NCBI RefSeq assembly: GCF_006345805.1 | Contig: NC_043006.1 | Coordinates: forward strand, 28,334,001-28,398,000 | DNA: 64,000 nucleotides | DNA from: Octopus sinensis | Lineage: Eukaryota | Direction: 5' to 3' | In this document: one piece after another, positions 22,827 through 35,129 of the stretch | Layout of the letters: every line of letters starts with the position of its first letter | Numbering within the stretch: the first letter of the stretch is position 1 | Program-made: the position numbers and the translations under genes | Notes under the pieces: model-generated | The model's input: only the letters and a program-made list of their open reading frames with translations | What the model was told of the DNA's origin: nothing | Database searches by the model: none

Positions 22827-24327
22827 TGTGAGGACCGTGCGATGAGGGGTGACGAATATGGCTCTTTCGTACATCACACGGTCGATACAATAAAATGTAT
22901 AATGAATAGTACATATACGTGTCAGAGGAAAAAGGGCGACACAACCGAGTAGAAAGGTTAAGAGAAGATTTATTGATGTATTAACATGTGTCTGTGTGTG
23001 CGTCATGTATCTCTCTATATATAAACAGCAAAATGTCTGCGTGTGTGTCCTTTATACAAATCCACAATTTTTCAGTTAGAGGACTCGCACTTTCTATGGT
23101 CATTCAAAACCGTCCAAGGGTGGTCGTGCACATCTTTACATTTCCCCAGTCACCCCGCAAAGCCATTAAAAAATCAATAGAAGTGACTTTTTTGTGAATT
23201 TTCTATCCAAAACCCAATCAAAATGCCCGAAACTTGATACGCCAATTGAATGCCAGCTAGCTGTATGTGACTGGTCGGAGATTTGGACAGTACTCGCGTG
23301 TATGTGTGCACGCACGCAGCTGTATATGCTTGCATTAGCACAATGACCCGGCGTTGCTGGGTCATAGTGCTAGTCTCTCTACATATAAACGGCAAAATGT
23401 CTGTGTGTGTGTCCTTTATACAAATCCACAATTTTTCAGTTAGAGGGCTCGCACTTTCTATTGTCATTCAAAACCGTCCAAGGCATTGCCGGGTCATAGT
23501 GCTAGTACAGAATAATAGACAGGCCGTCATGAAAACAAAACATGTATGTGCGTAAGCATAGATGTATGCGTATGCATTAAGTACATATAAGAGTAGCAAT
23601 TAAGAAGACAGTGAAAGAGTCTATAATGAGAAGTTAGAAGTTCATAGATGCAAGAAAGAGAAATACCAGTTCGTAGTCAAGTGTACATGGTAGCTGAAAT
23701 ACTGTATCAAGAAGTTACGGCCATGATGCTGAGCCAGGTGCAGTACATGTCATACGTGAAGTTGTGGTTGTGATGCTGCTGCCTGGGTCACTTGATACAA
23801 GAGTTCTTGCAGGTTGTATATTCGCTGTTGATCCATGTTTAAGTAATTCACGAACAGTGATGTGTTGGAACCTGAGCGAGTTGCTTGTTGCTTGTTGAGT
23901 TTTGTACGTAGAGAGATGATGTTGACGAGTTAAGAAGAAGAAGGATGGCGACGAAGAGATTGCCGTAACGTTGTTGGACAAAGTTGGTAAGTCGCAACGT
24001 GGCTACTGTGGTATCGTCGCTGGAACTCGCTGTGTCTTGTGTGGTCAGTGGCTAGACCTACAAAGATCTGGAACCAAAAGACCTCGAGACGAGAAGCTGA
24101 GTTTTTATAAGGAGCTGTAAATTCAAAACTGGGTTGAGAACATGTTGTCTCACGTGATTTTATTTAGAGGCTCCGATTGGTTATACGCGGCAAATTGGGA
24201 CAAATTGCGCCTATATCAACCAATCAGAGAGGTGGACACAACGGGGTCCGAACAGCGGCCTAAGACTAGCTGTTATCTGCTACGTTCGAATGCATGTATA
24301 TATAATACAGGGGAGAGGGGGATTTCA
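22827..24327 (-). mobile_element. Unclassified LTR-like repeat, copy 1 (interrupted by a Helitron)
   Basis: Alignable with 29505-30591. TG...CA ends; on the minus strand CCAAT/ATTGG boxes, TATAAAA, a Ser/Thr-rich ORF-like stretch, AATAAA and a terminal hairpin. No TSD found. Confidence 0.6.
23010..23505 (+). mobile_element. Head-to-tail pair of non-autonomous Helitrons (23010-23373 and internally deleted 23374-23505)
   Basis: 5' TCTCTCTA(T/C)ATATAAAC, 3' hairpin atgacccggcgttgctgggtcat followed by CTAG. The junction is CTAG|TC, and the pair is inserted between A23009 and T23506 without TSD. Confidence 0.85.
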
Positions 24328-24414
24328 CTCATGTGTACGCTACGAGTCAAGTATATGTGTATACATGATGGCTGGCCCCGTTATCGAGTATGGCCATTGC
24401 ACGAGGATTAATTG

Positions 24415-25790
24415 TTAACGGTGTTGTGATCGAATGTGACTTTTTAGCTCAGCTAAAGATCTACGATGTCTTGTACAGAATTGGTAGCTAAAACCTTTAC
24501 CGGCAATAGCCGGCTGTAGCTGTAACTGGGCTTCATGTACCTTTGCATGTCGTTTAAGTCCTCCCGCCGAATTACACTCCTTTCTACATGCCTTACAGAT
24601 AAGATTAGTATGGTGTGTAGCACCACCATCAGTGGCCTGGTTGTCAATCATGTGTCTCGCTTTATGACTACGAAAATGACTCTTGAGTCCAGCTTTAATG
24701 AGGCAGCGTCTTGCACAGACACTGCATGTCAGCATCATAGGAATACCCTTACCATCTTGAAGTGCAACAGCGATGCCCTTCCTGACATCCCTCCTTACTT
24801 TATCATACGCAACTTGAGATTTCTCAAAAGTAGCTGTCCTCTCGTACACACTCCTTCTCCACCTACTACGCTCAATAGCTATGCCCTCCTATGTTCCAGG
24901 AAAGATGCTAGCATCTCTTAAGGAAGCCTTCAGCAAGTCTTTATACCTCTTTTTTGGTTTATGTGGAGGTCGTTCTCCTTTAGTTAACTCTCCGTAAAAG
25001 AGTTGTTTTGGTATCCTTGAATCTTTCCTCCTGACCAGATGACCACTCCATCTGAGCCTTTGCTTCAACACAAGAGCTTCTATACTTTCACACCGAGAGC
25101 TTTCCAATATCTCAAGATCACTGACGCGGCCCTCCCTCTTAATGCCATAGATCCGTCTGAGACACATCTGATGGAAACATTCCGGTTGTTTAAGGTGGTA
25201 TCGATATGTGACCCACGTCTCGCAGGCACAAAGAAGAGATGAGAGCACACACGCCTTGTATACCTTTATCTTTGTCGTCCTGCATATGTCTCATCGACTC
25301 CAGAGGCGCCTTTCTAGCCTTCCGAAAGCTTCACTTGTTTTCCTAATTCTGTATGGAATTTCATTATCCAAGTTGCTATATCTATTAATAGGGCTTCCCA
25401 GGAAGACAAACTGATCAACTACACCAATTCGTTTACCATACACATAGATATTTGGTTCACTATACTGCTTACCAGGGGCAGGCTGGTATACGACAACAGT
25501 TTCTTGAGACTGACTGTCAATCCTAAGGCAGTGCAAGCATCAGAGAATGCATTCAAAATATGTTGCATATCAATCTCTGTGTGCAGTACTAGATCGCAAT
25601 CATCTGCATACAAAAGGTCTCTTATGATAGAGATAAATACCTTTGTTTTTGCAGCAAAGCGCCTGATAATAAATATGCTGCCAGAGGTTCGATAATAGAT
25701 GTAAACACCATATCTGCAGTTTCTGAACGCAATACAGAAAACCATCGCAAATAGGGTCGGTGCCAGAATATCCCCCTGTTTCACTCCATT
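24415..25790 (-). mobile_element. RTE (BovB-like) LINE ORF2, frameshifted, ending in three C2H2-like fingers
   Basis: GVKQGDILAPTLF, LLYADDCDL, FVFLGS, LRWSGHLVR, IPKQLFYGEL motifs; C-terminal CSVC...GLKSHFRSH, CKAC...GLKRHAKVH and ...LKSHIRSQH. Confidence 0.9.
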
Positions 25791-25821
25791 TTGTATTGAG
25801 ATAGGCTCCGATATACATACA

Positions 25822-25853
<32 letters not shown>

Positions 25854-28800
25854 GTCACACACAGACACTCATGCATATGTACACACGTACGCATTTGAGT
25901 AGTTTTGTTTTGTCATGCTGTACATCATTCATAGTTGTTGCGTATTTGATTTGATTGAGTCCACTTGTAGAAGGCCTCTTTCAATTCTCCAAACTGAGGT
26001 CATCATTGAAAACAATTCCTTCTTTGTGAGCATTACAACATGGGAATAAGAAATACATTAACATTCATCTTTGGATTTGTTAAAGGGAAGTCTGATTTAC
26101 TGTGTCGTGATGTTGGTCTTTCTTCGTCGAGTCACCATTTTAGCGGAGTCGAGTTGTCGTGAGAAACTGATGTTGTAACTTTATTAATTGAATATAAGAT
26201 CAGATTGGCTGCGTATATTAAAACAAAAACAAACTCGCGAACATTTAACAACAGATTTAATTAAAAGAAGTTTGTGTATGTACACATATGTTACGAATAG
26301 CTTCCTAGATTCTAAGGCAGGAATTCAAAACCGAATCTACATTTTTCTGCCAGTTCTCGACTTTTGACAGTCAACTGTCACAGTTAACTTTTATTGTTTT
26401 AGTTAAAATTCTTAGGTTAAATACAGTTCTAGAGAAATAAACTTAATCCAACTTTACAACGAATATAAATACAGTAACCAAATTCGGTTCTTCTTTCTTT
26501 CTTTCTAGGAGGCGGAGGAGGAGAAAGAAACATATGCAAGGAACGACACAGTTTTTACCCTCTCTACTTGTCTCTTATTATTTCTTACTCGATTTCTTCC
26601 ACCAGTCTTCTGGCAGTTACCCACAAATGAATTTAACAGAGCAGAAAATTATCATTGTATAACTGCAACTCGTCGAACTTGTATTTTATATTATAATGAA
26701 CAAATAAACACTCCTATTCAAGTTTGTTATTCCTTATTTTTTCATTGTTTACTTTTCATTTCGTACTACTAACTATGCTTTCTGCCATGCGAGCTTTTAT
26801 TACTTTACATGATAGCCAGTTCGTAACCCAGCGACATAATTAACTTTCAATTCTTTGTAACACAACACTTTCAAACTTCGGACACTGGCAGAATGCATCA
26901 TATAAAACACCTTTTACTCTTAGCGTTTTTGAGAAAAGCTTATATTTAGGGAGTTACTTCACGTTAAAGTTGAAGTATTTCAGTAATTCCAACCAATCAT
27001 TGACGTGTATATTGACAGTTCGTAACAGGTTAAGCAAAATAAACACGTAAAACAATAACAATGCCTTCATTGAGTTGTCTATCATCCCATCAAGAACGAA
27101 ATAATGCATAACATGGTGGCAGCGGTAAACAATTAATCGGAAACAGTGCCTTTACAACAAAACAGGAACACAACTAGGCGAAACGAAACCGCTTCGGAAG
27201 TGGACGAGAACGACAGATATCAATATTTCGCAGCTTTTGCAGCCCATCGGTGTGGATACTCACCCCACTTTCGAAACGAAACCGAAACCGCCAACTAGAC
27301 GTATATATAAATAGTAGCAGAAAGAACTGTGAAATATTGATATCTGTCATTCTCTTTCATTTCCAGTACGGTTTCGTTTCTTTTATTTTGGAAGTATACA
27401 GTGTTTTTTTTAACACAGTTCGTCTCTAAAGGGATCTCTCCCAGACGAAATACGCAGCTATAAGCATTCAACTACACACATACATTCATTAAGTATGTGA
27501 TATTGATAATGTTTACATTTTTGACTTGCTTTCAATTCAAAATTTGGACTTTATTCTCCAACAATTTTGATCAAGTTTCAGTTCCAGCTTCAGTAGAATG
27601 ACATTACATAAAATACAATTAAAGACGTCAAGATTTCTCCTTCAGTCATGAATTTCATGTATATAATGGAATATCCCGAGCGCCTTTTCACACCGATTGT
27701 TATGGTTGCTTAAAAACAATATCAACCAGGACATCAAAGATTCTGTTTTGGACAACAGGCAAAACCCACAATATGTCTGCATCTAACTGACTTTTCACTT
27801 AATCTCCTAGCCAAGGGGTATACTACTTGAACCGAAGATGAAGTATCAAAAAGACTACCACGTTTAAGATAGGAATTAGGCCGAAGTTACTGCGTTCCTC
27901 TGCATGATCCCGTTGAGTTGTGTTTTGATGGACAGTGAACAAAGAGAGTTTTTATTGTAATTTCGAGTAATTTTGGTTTTAATGGTGTTGGTAATGATGA
28001 TGATGAGGAGGAGGAGCAGGAGGAGGAGGAAGATGAAGAGGAAGGGGAAGGGGAAGAGGAGGGGTATGAGGATGAAGAACTTCTAGCTTGATTATATTTG
28101 CTTGACGAATCCAGAAGAAAAAGAAGAAGAGAGAGAGAGAGAGAAAAGAGAAAAATCACAATGTGTATGATTTTCACGGGTTTGGGGCGTAGTAGGTAGC
28201 AACAAGAGTGATGGGGAAATGAACAGAAGTGAGAATTAAGAAACAATCCACACTTTGCGGACATATATATATTACTCTACCAAGCTGACCGTTAATTCAG
28301 AGTAATAACTATATTGTGGAGTAAAACTTGTAATACTCACACTTCCTGTAAAGTACTAAGGAGTATATAAAGCGAAATGATTCCATCCGAGGCTCAACGG
28401 GAGTGTGTTGGTTTTCTGTCGTAGTGGCTTCTCAGAATATCAAGATTTTCTGACATCGGATTACTCTCACTTTGTACCAGTGAAGTTCTGGTATCGTTTT
28501 AATCAACATCAGAACTTCGCTGATTCTTTATTTTATTGACCCGACCAAGATGAAAATTAAGAAAGAGTATATTTTATTTAATCGAATCCAACACATTACT
28601 GATATTTATTGTAGTGACTCCAGAATCATAAATGTAAATGTGACTTCGGCAGGTTTTGATCTGAGAACTCCATATGTGGAAACGAAATACAATACTGCAA
28701 AGGTTTCTGTTTGGGACTTTATCATTTCTAAGTCACCAACCCCGTCTTTTAAAAGTTCCAGGACAAAGTAATGAGATTGTGTGACGTTCGTACTTTTCCT

Positions 28801-29288
28801 CCTCAAAGCATTAACCGTATAAAGGAAGTAAATTATCTTCAATGGAAAATTGAAACCGATTTGAGAGGAGTGGAGTCGGCAGAAGCTTACCTCTACAGCA
28901 GGCAAGATGATACACCTGTTAGGATAATAATGGCTTCATTGATATATCACAAACAGGTCTTTAGTTCCAGCAGAACTGAAAGATAGGAAAGAATGATTCA
29001 AGAAAGCCTATTAAATCGTTAACGACAACAATGAATCCGTCTACAGCATGGTTATTGACCTTGATTTAGCACAAGCAAGAGGGCACACACAATAAGATAT
29101 ATTCTCGCATATAAGCATACAAGCATACACAGACAGACAGACAGACAGACAGACACACACACACACCACACACACACACACACAAGCAGAAAAGCCCATT
29201 CATACATCTGAAAACCCATTTAATGTTTTATACTTAGGCATTTATCTGTATCGGTATATCATTATCATTTTACGTTCTTAAAATAATG

Positions 29289-29320
<32 letters not shown>

Positions 29321-29504
29321 ATTAGTAAGCTTTTGTGCGTTTACAAACAGGGAATAGTACTCAAAATATAAAGCTGAATTTTGTAGACTCATCATTTTGT
29401 ATTTCACATTTCCTATGGTTCAAACGATTGAAATAAGAAAGCAGCGTGACAATATATAAGAGAAATTATTCATAAACGCAACGAATACATCGATTGCAAA
29501 CATT

Positions 29505-30451
29505 TGTGGAACGACCGTGCGATAGGAGAGGTGACGATGAATGACTCCTTTAATACACCGCATGGTCGCTTACAATAAAAGCAAAAAGGATAAATGAGTA
29601 TGAATGCCAGCAGGAAAAGAAAGACGACACAACCGGTAGAATGTTAAAAAGAAGATTTTATTTAGGTGTTAACATGTGTGTGTCTGTGTGTGCGCGTCAT
29701 ATATGCATAATAATAATAACAATAGACAGGCCGTTATGTATACATAATGTGTATGTGTGTGCATAAAAATAGAGCATGGAAAGAGTCTAAAACGGGACGC
29801 TAGAAGAATGTTCAGACACAAGGAAGATAAATACCAGTTCGTAGTAAGGTACACAATAGTTGAAGTGCTGTAACAAGAAGTTCTGGAGAAGAAGCAGAGC
29901 CGGTTGAGACACCTGTCGTGTAAGAGGTTGTGGCTACTATGCTGCTGCCGGTCACTTGATACAGAAGATCTCGCAAGTTGTATCTGCTGTTAACCATGGT
30001 GAAGTAATTCACGAACAGTGTTGAGATAGAACCTGAGTGTACGTAAAGAGATGTTGTTGGCGACGTTAAGACAGAGGCGACAGAGATGGAGGTCCTGAAT
30101 GCTGCTGGACGAAGTTGAGTCTCCATGTGAGCTGCTGGTGTTGTCTGTCGCTGGAACTGGCTGTGTGCTCTGTGGTCAGTGGCTAGACCTTAGAAGGTCT
30201 AGAACCGAAAGACGAAATACAGTGTTGAAACTAGCTTTTTATAGTGAACTATAGGCTCACCGGAATGTTTGGAAGAGACTGTGTCACGGGACCTCATCAG
30301 AAGTCTGAGATTGGTTGGGTTGCACATTGGCGCGTAATAGAGCAAGAGACAAACTGCACCAATACCAACCAATCAGAGTAAGAGACACTACAGGGTCCAA
30401 GCGGTCGAAGGCTAGCTGTTATCTACTACGTCCGTATTTGTGTAATATAGC

Positions 30452-30484
<33 letters not shown>

Positions 30485-30487
30485 TAG

Positions 30488-30582
<95 letters not shown>

Positions 30583-30591
30583 AGAATTTCA
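29505..30591 (-). mobile_element. Unclassified LTR-like repeat, copy 2
   Basis: Homologous to 22827-24327 without the Helitron; (AG)n/(AGAT)n expansion near one end. Confidence 0.6.
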
Positions 30592-30719
30592 CTAAGCGTC
30601 CGCTACACATTCCATATAGGTAAAGAAAATAGAGATTCAAGGCGTCGCCTCCTCTGTCCTCCTCCTCTAGGTGCTTCTATATAATTATTTTCAAAATAGG
30701 ATACAACTGACTGTGAAAT

Positions 30720-31778
30720 ATCATCATCACCTACGACGTCCTCAACCGGCAGGAAGGCAGGGCAACAAAACATCGCAGTTTTAGTCTAAAACTGTCATCT
30801 TTGTGATATCTGCATTTTAGTCCTTTTTGCACAATATGCTTGTGCACATTTTGTCCTAAATGAAACAAGCAACATGCCAAATTCGACCCAGGAAACCATT
30901 CCAGAAATCTGTAATGGGCTGCTTTTTCGAAATCCATAATTATATTATCAGTTTCCTCTTTCTGCAATAATTCATTTATTTTGGTAAAAAGTCTGCTATA
31001 TGTGTCTTGACTTTTGTCAGAGAGAAAAGTGAACAATCGTAAGGCATTAAAATTATCAATTTGAATGGGAAGTATATATAACTGAAAAAATATAAGTCTT
31101 TCCTGTACTAGAGCAGCATTTAAATGCTCCATCTGCCGCCCAGTTCTTGTATGTTTTAACTGTTGAGGTGCTTCGTCACTTGCAAATATTAGTTTTGAAT
31201 CTTCTATCCCATTGTCATACTGTGAAAACGTTTCATCAAAGTCAAAGTAGGAGTATTCACTTGGAATAGAAAACCCAACATTTGTAAGTGGGGTATCAGG
31301 ATAGTTGGAATCAGCTTGTCTCCAGCGTCAAATATTCCTATTGAGCTGTGCAAACGGAGGTATTTGCGACAATATACAGTCGTTTAAATTCTGAACTTCA
31401 CTAGCAATAATTGAGCGAGGGGCATCACGAGATGAAATAGATTTTACTTTAATATTTGAAACTATTATCCTTGCATTTACCTCTGTAGCAGCTGAAGCGT
31501 GATTATGGATCCCAATCTTCTTGAGCTTTTTATTATTTTCATCTGTATGAAGTCTCGCCTTGCACACACGATTTTTGCACCTCCAGTATATCTTCATTCC
31601 ATCTGCATTCTGCTTATTTTTTGTGTATATATAACTTTCTTGATCGACCACTTTGATTTTTCCTTTCTCTGAAGTTGTGATATTGCAGGTTGTGATGTTG
31701 ATGGGTAGGCATATTGAATAAATTTAATTCGATTTGCTTGAAAAGCTTTGTTCGTAAACTGTTTAGCGCAGATACTTA

Positions 31779-31836
<58 letters not shown>

Positions 31837-31874
31837 GGGGGGAGAAAAACGATAGAAAAGAGGGAGGGGGGAGT

Positions 31875-31915
<41 letters not shown>

Positions 31916-32125
31916 AGAGAGTGAGAGAAGAGGGAAAGGAAAAAAGTACCTAAAACTGTCCAACGACAATTTTAATTCTAAAGTGATTGTTCTAAACTCT
32001 CCTTCGAAATTACATTTAAGAGTATTTGGGGACGAATTGACCTGGGGATGAATTGACCAACGACGAATTGACTGGGGACAAATTAACCGACGATGAAATA
32101 ACCGGGGACGAATCGTCCTAGCACC
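30720..32125 (-). mobile_element. Mutator-like (MULE) transposase relic with FLYWCH domain
   Basis: YIYTKNK...IYWRCKNRVCKARLHT...HNH (FLYWCH/WRKY-like), WAADGAFKCC (DGTFK motif), IIMDFEKA, CCLFHLGQ; frameshifted. GGGGACGAATTGAC-like repeats lie at about 32020-32118. Confidence 0.85.
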
Positions 32126-32374
32126 ATTTGAATATCTTAATGAACTTCTTCCCAGCGGCATTCATTTTATTTGCACACATCAAATGAGTAACAATCTCTT
32201 CTTCTGCAACTCTAATATGTACAATTCTATTAATTGACAAACTTCAAACTCAGGATTACATAACAAAACTACTGACCACTAAGTTTAACTCAAAATGAAT
32301 TCTGTAAAATAAAAAAATTCCTAGAGTAGTATACATAATATGTTAGAATGTACAAAAACGCTAAGAGAGTATCT

Positions 32375-33056
32375 CCTGGTGCTGTATGAACATTCAATGT
32401 GGGTTTGGAGTCAAGTTTTGGCTGCTATTTCCAGCGTGGTGGTATTTCTTAGATACCCCAAATTATAATTTTAATAATAATTATTAACTTTGAAGGTTTT
32501 TATTCCCGTGCTGGCCACTTGATTTGATCGATATTTAAATTAACGATCTTATCCTTGTTTATAGAAATTTATATATTTATTTCATCATTATATTTACTGC
32601 GGTGATATTTTGAACATATCGCACGAGGTTATAGGCGGACAATTTAAACTGGTCGTGTGTATACGTGCAAATATATGTATGTATACGTTCGTATATGTAA
32701 GTATTCGTATGTTATATGTATATATATGTGCATTTATGTTACTATCTGCGTTTATTCCACTGATGAGGCAAAGTATTTCTTATGCAGAGTAAGAAATCCG
32801 GATCTAGAATTATCCAGTAACTTTTTGCTAGTTTATTTTGTCCTTTTGTCTTCTCACCTGGTGCTGTATGAACATTTGATGTGGTTTTAGAGTCACGTTT
32901 TGGCTGCTATTTCCAGCGTGATGGTATTTCTTAGATACCCTAAATTATAATTTAAATAATAATTATTACCTTTGAATTTTTTTATTTCCATCTTGGCCAC
33001 TTGATAAGATCGATATTTAAATTAACGATCTTATCCTTATTTATATAAAATTATAT
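32375..33056 (+). repeat. About 200-bp direct repeat (32375-32575 and 32857-33056), spacing 482
   Basis: cctggtgctgtatgaacatt...ttaacgatcttatcctt is present twice with scattered substitutions. Confidence 0.85.
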
Positions 33057-33340
33057 GTATGTATGTATGTATGTATATGTGTATGTATGTATGTATGTAT
33101 GTATGTATGTATGTATGTATATGTGTGTGTATGTATGTATGTGTTTGTTGTTTGTTATGTTGGTGTGTTTAGGTCCCCGTCACTTAGCGGTTCGGCAAAA
33201 AGAGACCGATAGAATAAGTACTAACCTTACAAAGAATAAATCCTGGAATCGATTTATTCGACTTAAGGTGGTGCTCTAGCATGGCTGCAGTCAAAAGAAA
33301 GAAACAAGTAAAAGAGAGTAGAGTATATATAATAATAATA

Positions 33341-33396
<56 letters not shown>

Positions 33397-33806
33397 GTTT
33401 GACCGTAACCAGTTGAGCATGTCCCTTAGTGGCTGACGATATGTGCATCTCTGATCACGAGCAGAAGTAGTGGGGGAGCATCATAGCCATGTGTTGAGAG
33501 GGATTATTTGGGGTTTGAATAGTTCACCTCTGGAAACATGGGTGGTTCTTTCAACATCCTTAAACAACCCTTATTCAGGGACCGTTTGAGCGGGATGGGC
33601 TACTCAACCTGAAGAAAATTCTAACTGGGCCCCACCTGCAAGGTCATGTGCTGTTTATCTTGATATGAGATCACCATGTCGCGCACATATGGTTGTGATG
33701 CATGTGCCTGGTGTACCTTTATCAGACGGGTAGTCATGATGGGTATATTGGGCTTCGTATATTTTACCCCAGTGTCACTTTGATGGCATGAACTGCTCTC
33801 TCACTC

Positions 33807-33858
<52 letters not shown>

Positions 33859-33870
33859 TAATAATAATAA
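33397..33870 (+). mobile_element. Repeat family D with (AAT)n tail, intergenic copy
   Basis: Homologous to 15739-16170; flanked by (AAT)n on both sides. Confidence 0.85.
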
Positions 33871-33957
33871 AAGTGACAACAAAAGAATGAGACCTTGATA
33901 TTAGATAAACAGAGGATATTTATATATGTATAGTCTAGGATAATCAGTAAGTTGTCA

Positions 33958-34020
33958 TAATTGTACTCAGAGTTTCAAATGCCGGAACTAAGAGCTACGA
34001 TGCATTCTCATCGGCTATTA
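33958..34020 (-). ncRNA. Candidate minimal type I hammerhead ribozyme
   Basis: TAATAG-CCGATGA-GAATGC[19 nt]GCATTT-GAAA-CTCTGAG-TA-CAATTA. Confidence 0.6.
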
Positions 34021-34369
34021 ATAGCAACAGACGCTATAAAAACCGTTGAATAACAGGAAAGTTACTCTAATAGGTAGGAAAAAATATCAAAGATAAAAAA
34101 TACACGCAACCATATTCTCACAATACATAGACATAAAACCTCCTGCGTTCATAACTTCTGCATACGTACACAGTTATACAAACATGTATATGTACATGTC
34201 CATACACACACAAACATATATGTGCATGTATATATTCATGCACATATCCACACACTCACACACACACGCATATATATGCATATGTACTCGCAACTTCATC
34301 CTCATATACACAGAGGTGTATGCCTGCATAAATATATATCCAGACATCCATGGATATAAATATACATAT

Positions 34370-34961
34370 TGTTCGAATGGCAGATAAACGCATGCTGAAA
34401 CAGCTGTTTTATGGTGAGCTTGCAGAAGGGAACCGCTATTGGTGTAAACCTAAATATAGGTTTAAGGACGGCATAAGTACCACTATGAAGTCACTTGGAA
34501 TGGTTCTAGAAGATATAGAAACCCTTGTTTCGGATCGAGTTGGATGGCGAACAAATGTGTGGAGCGTAGTGAAAGCATTTGAAGAGGCCAGGATAACGCA
34601 AGACTCAAAAGAGATCCAAGGAAGAATGTAACAATCGAGAAGGTGAATGAGAATGACCTTTTTGTGTGCACAGTCTGTGACAGACCGTGCCTGTCTTTTG
34701 CTGGCCTCAAATCTCATCAGCGAACGCATGGGAAACGAACCTCCACTAACTATTCTGCCTATATGACTGTGCACACCTTTGAATGCAGTGTATTCTAAAT
34801 CCAACGGAGGCATCAAAAGACATTTTAAGATCCACGAAGAGCAGAACTTATCTGCATGTCTTGGTGGTCCAAATCGGAGGTGCGATCTATGTGGGTGTCT
34901 TTTCAGGACATCGTCTGGTTTAAAAAGCCACAGCAGAAGCCATAATAGTGCTAAGGTATAG
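34370..34961 (+). mobile_element. Second RTE LINE 3' fragment with triple C2H2-like tail
   Basis: RMADKRMLKQLFYGEL...RFKD; CTVCDRPCLSFAGLKSHQRTH, ...GGIKRHFKIH and CDLCGCLFRTSSGLKSHSRSH. Confidence 0.85.
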
Positions 34962-35016
34962 TGTAGGTATAGGAGGTGGTCAAACTCTGCATAAGGACAT
35001 AAGGAGTAGACAACCA

Positions 35017-35087
<71 letters not shown>

Positions 35088-35129
35088 ATATATGTTTCAA
35101 AGAAAAAAGATTTCACGTGGTACAAATAG

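Noticed and set aside
32020-32118. Short repeat array superficially like CRISPR
   Set aside because: Units are 13-15 bp with no unique spacers, in a eukaryotic context with no cas genes.
31763-32161. 132-aa ORF
   Set aside because: Made of (AG)n and MULE subterminal repeats.
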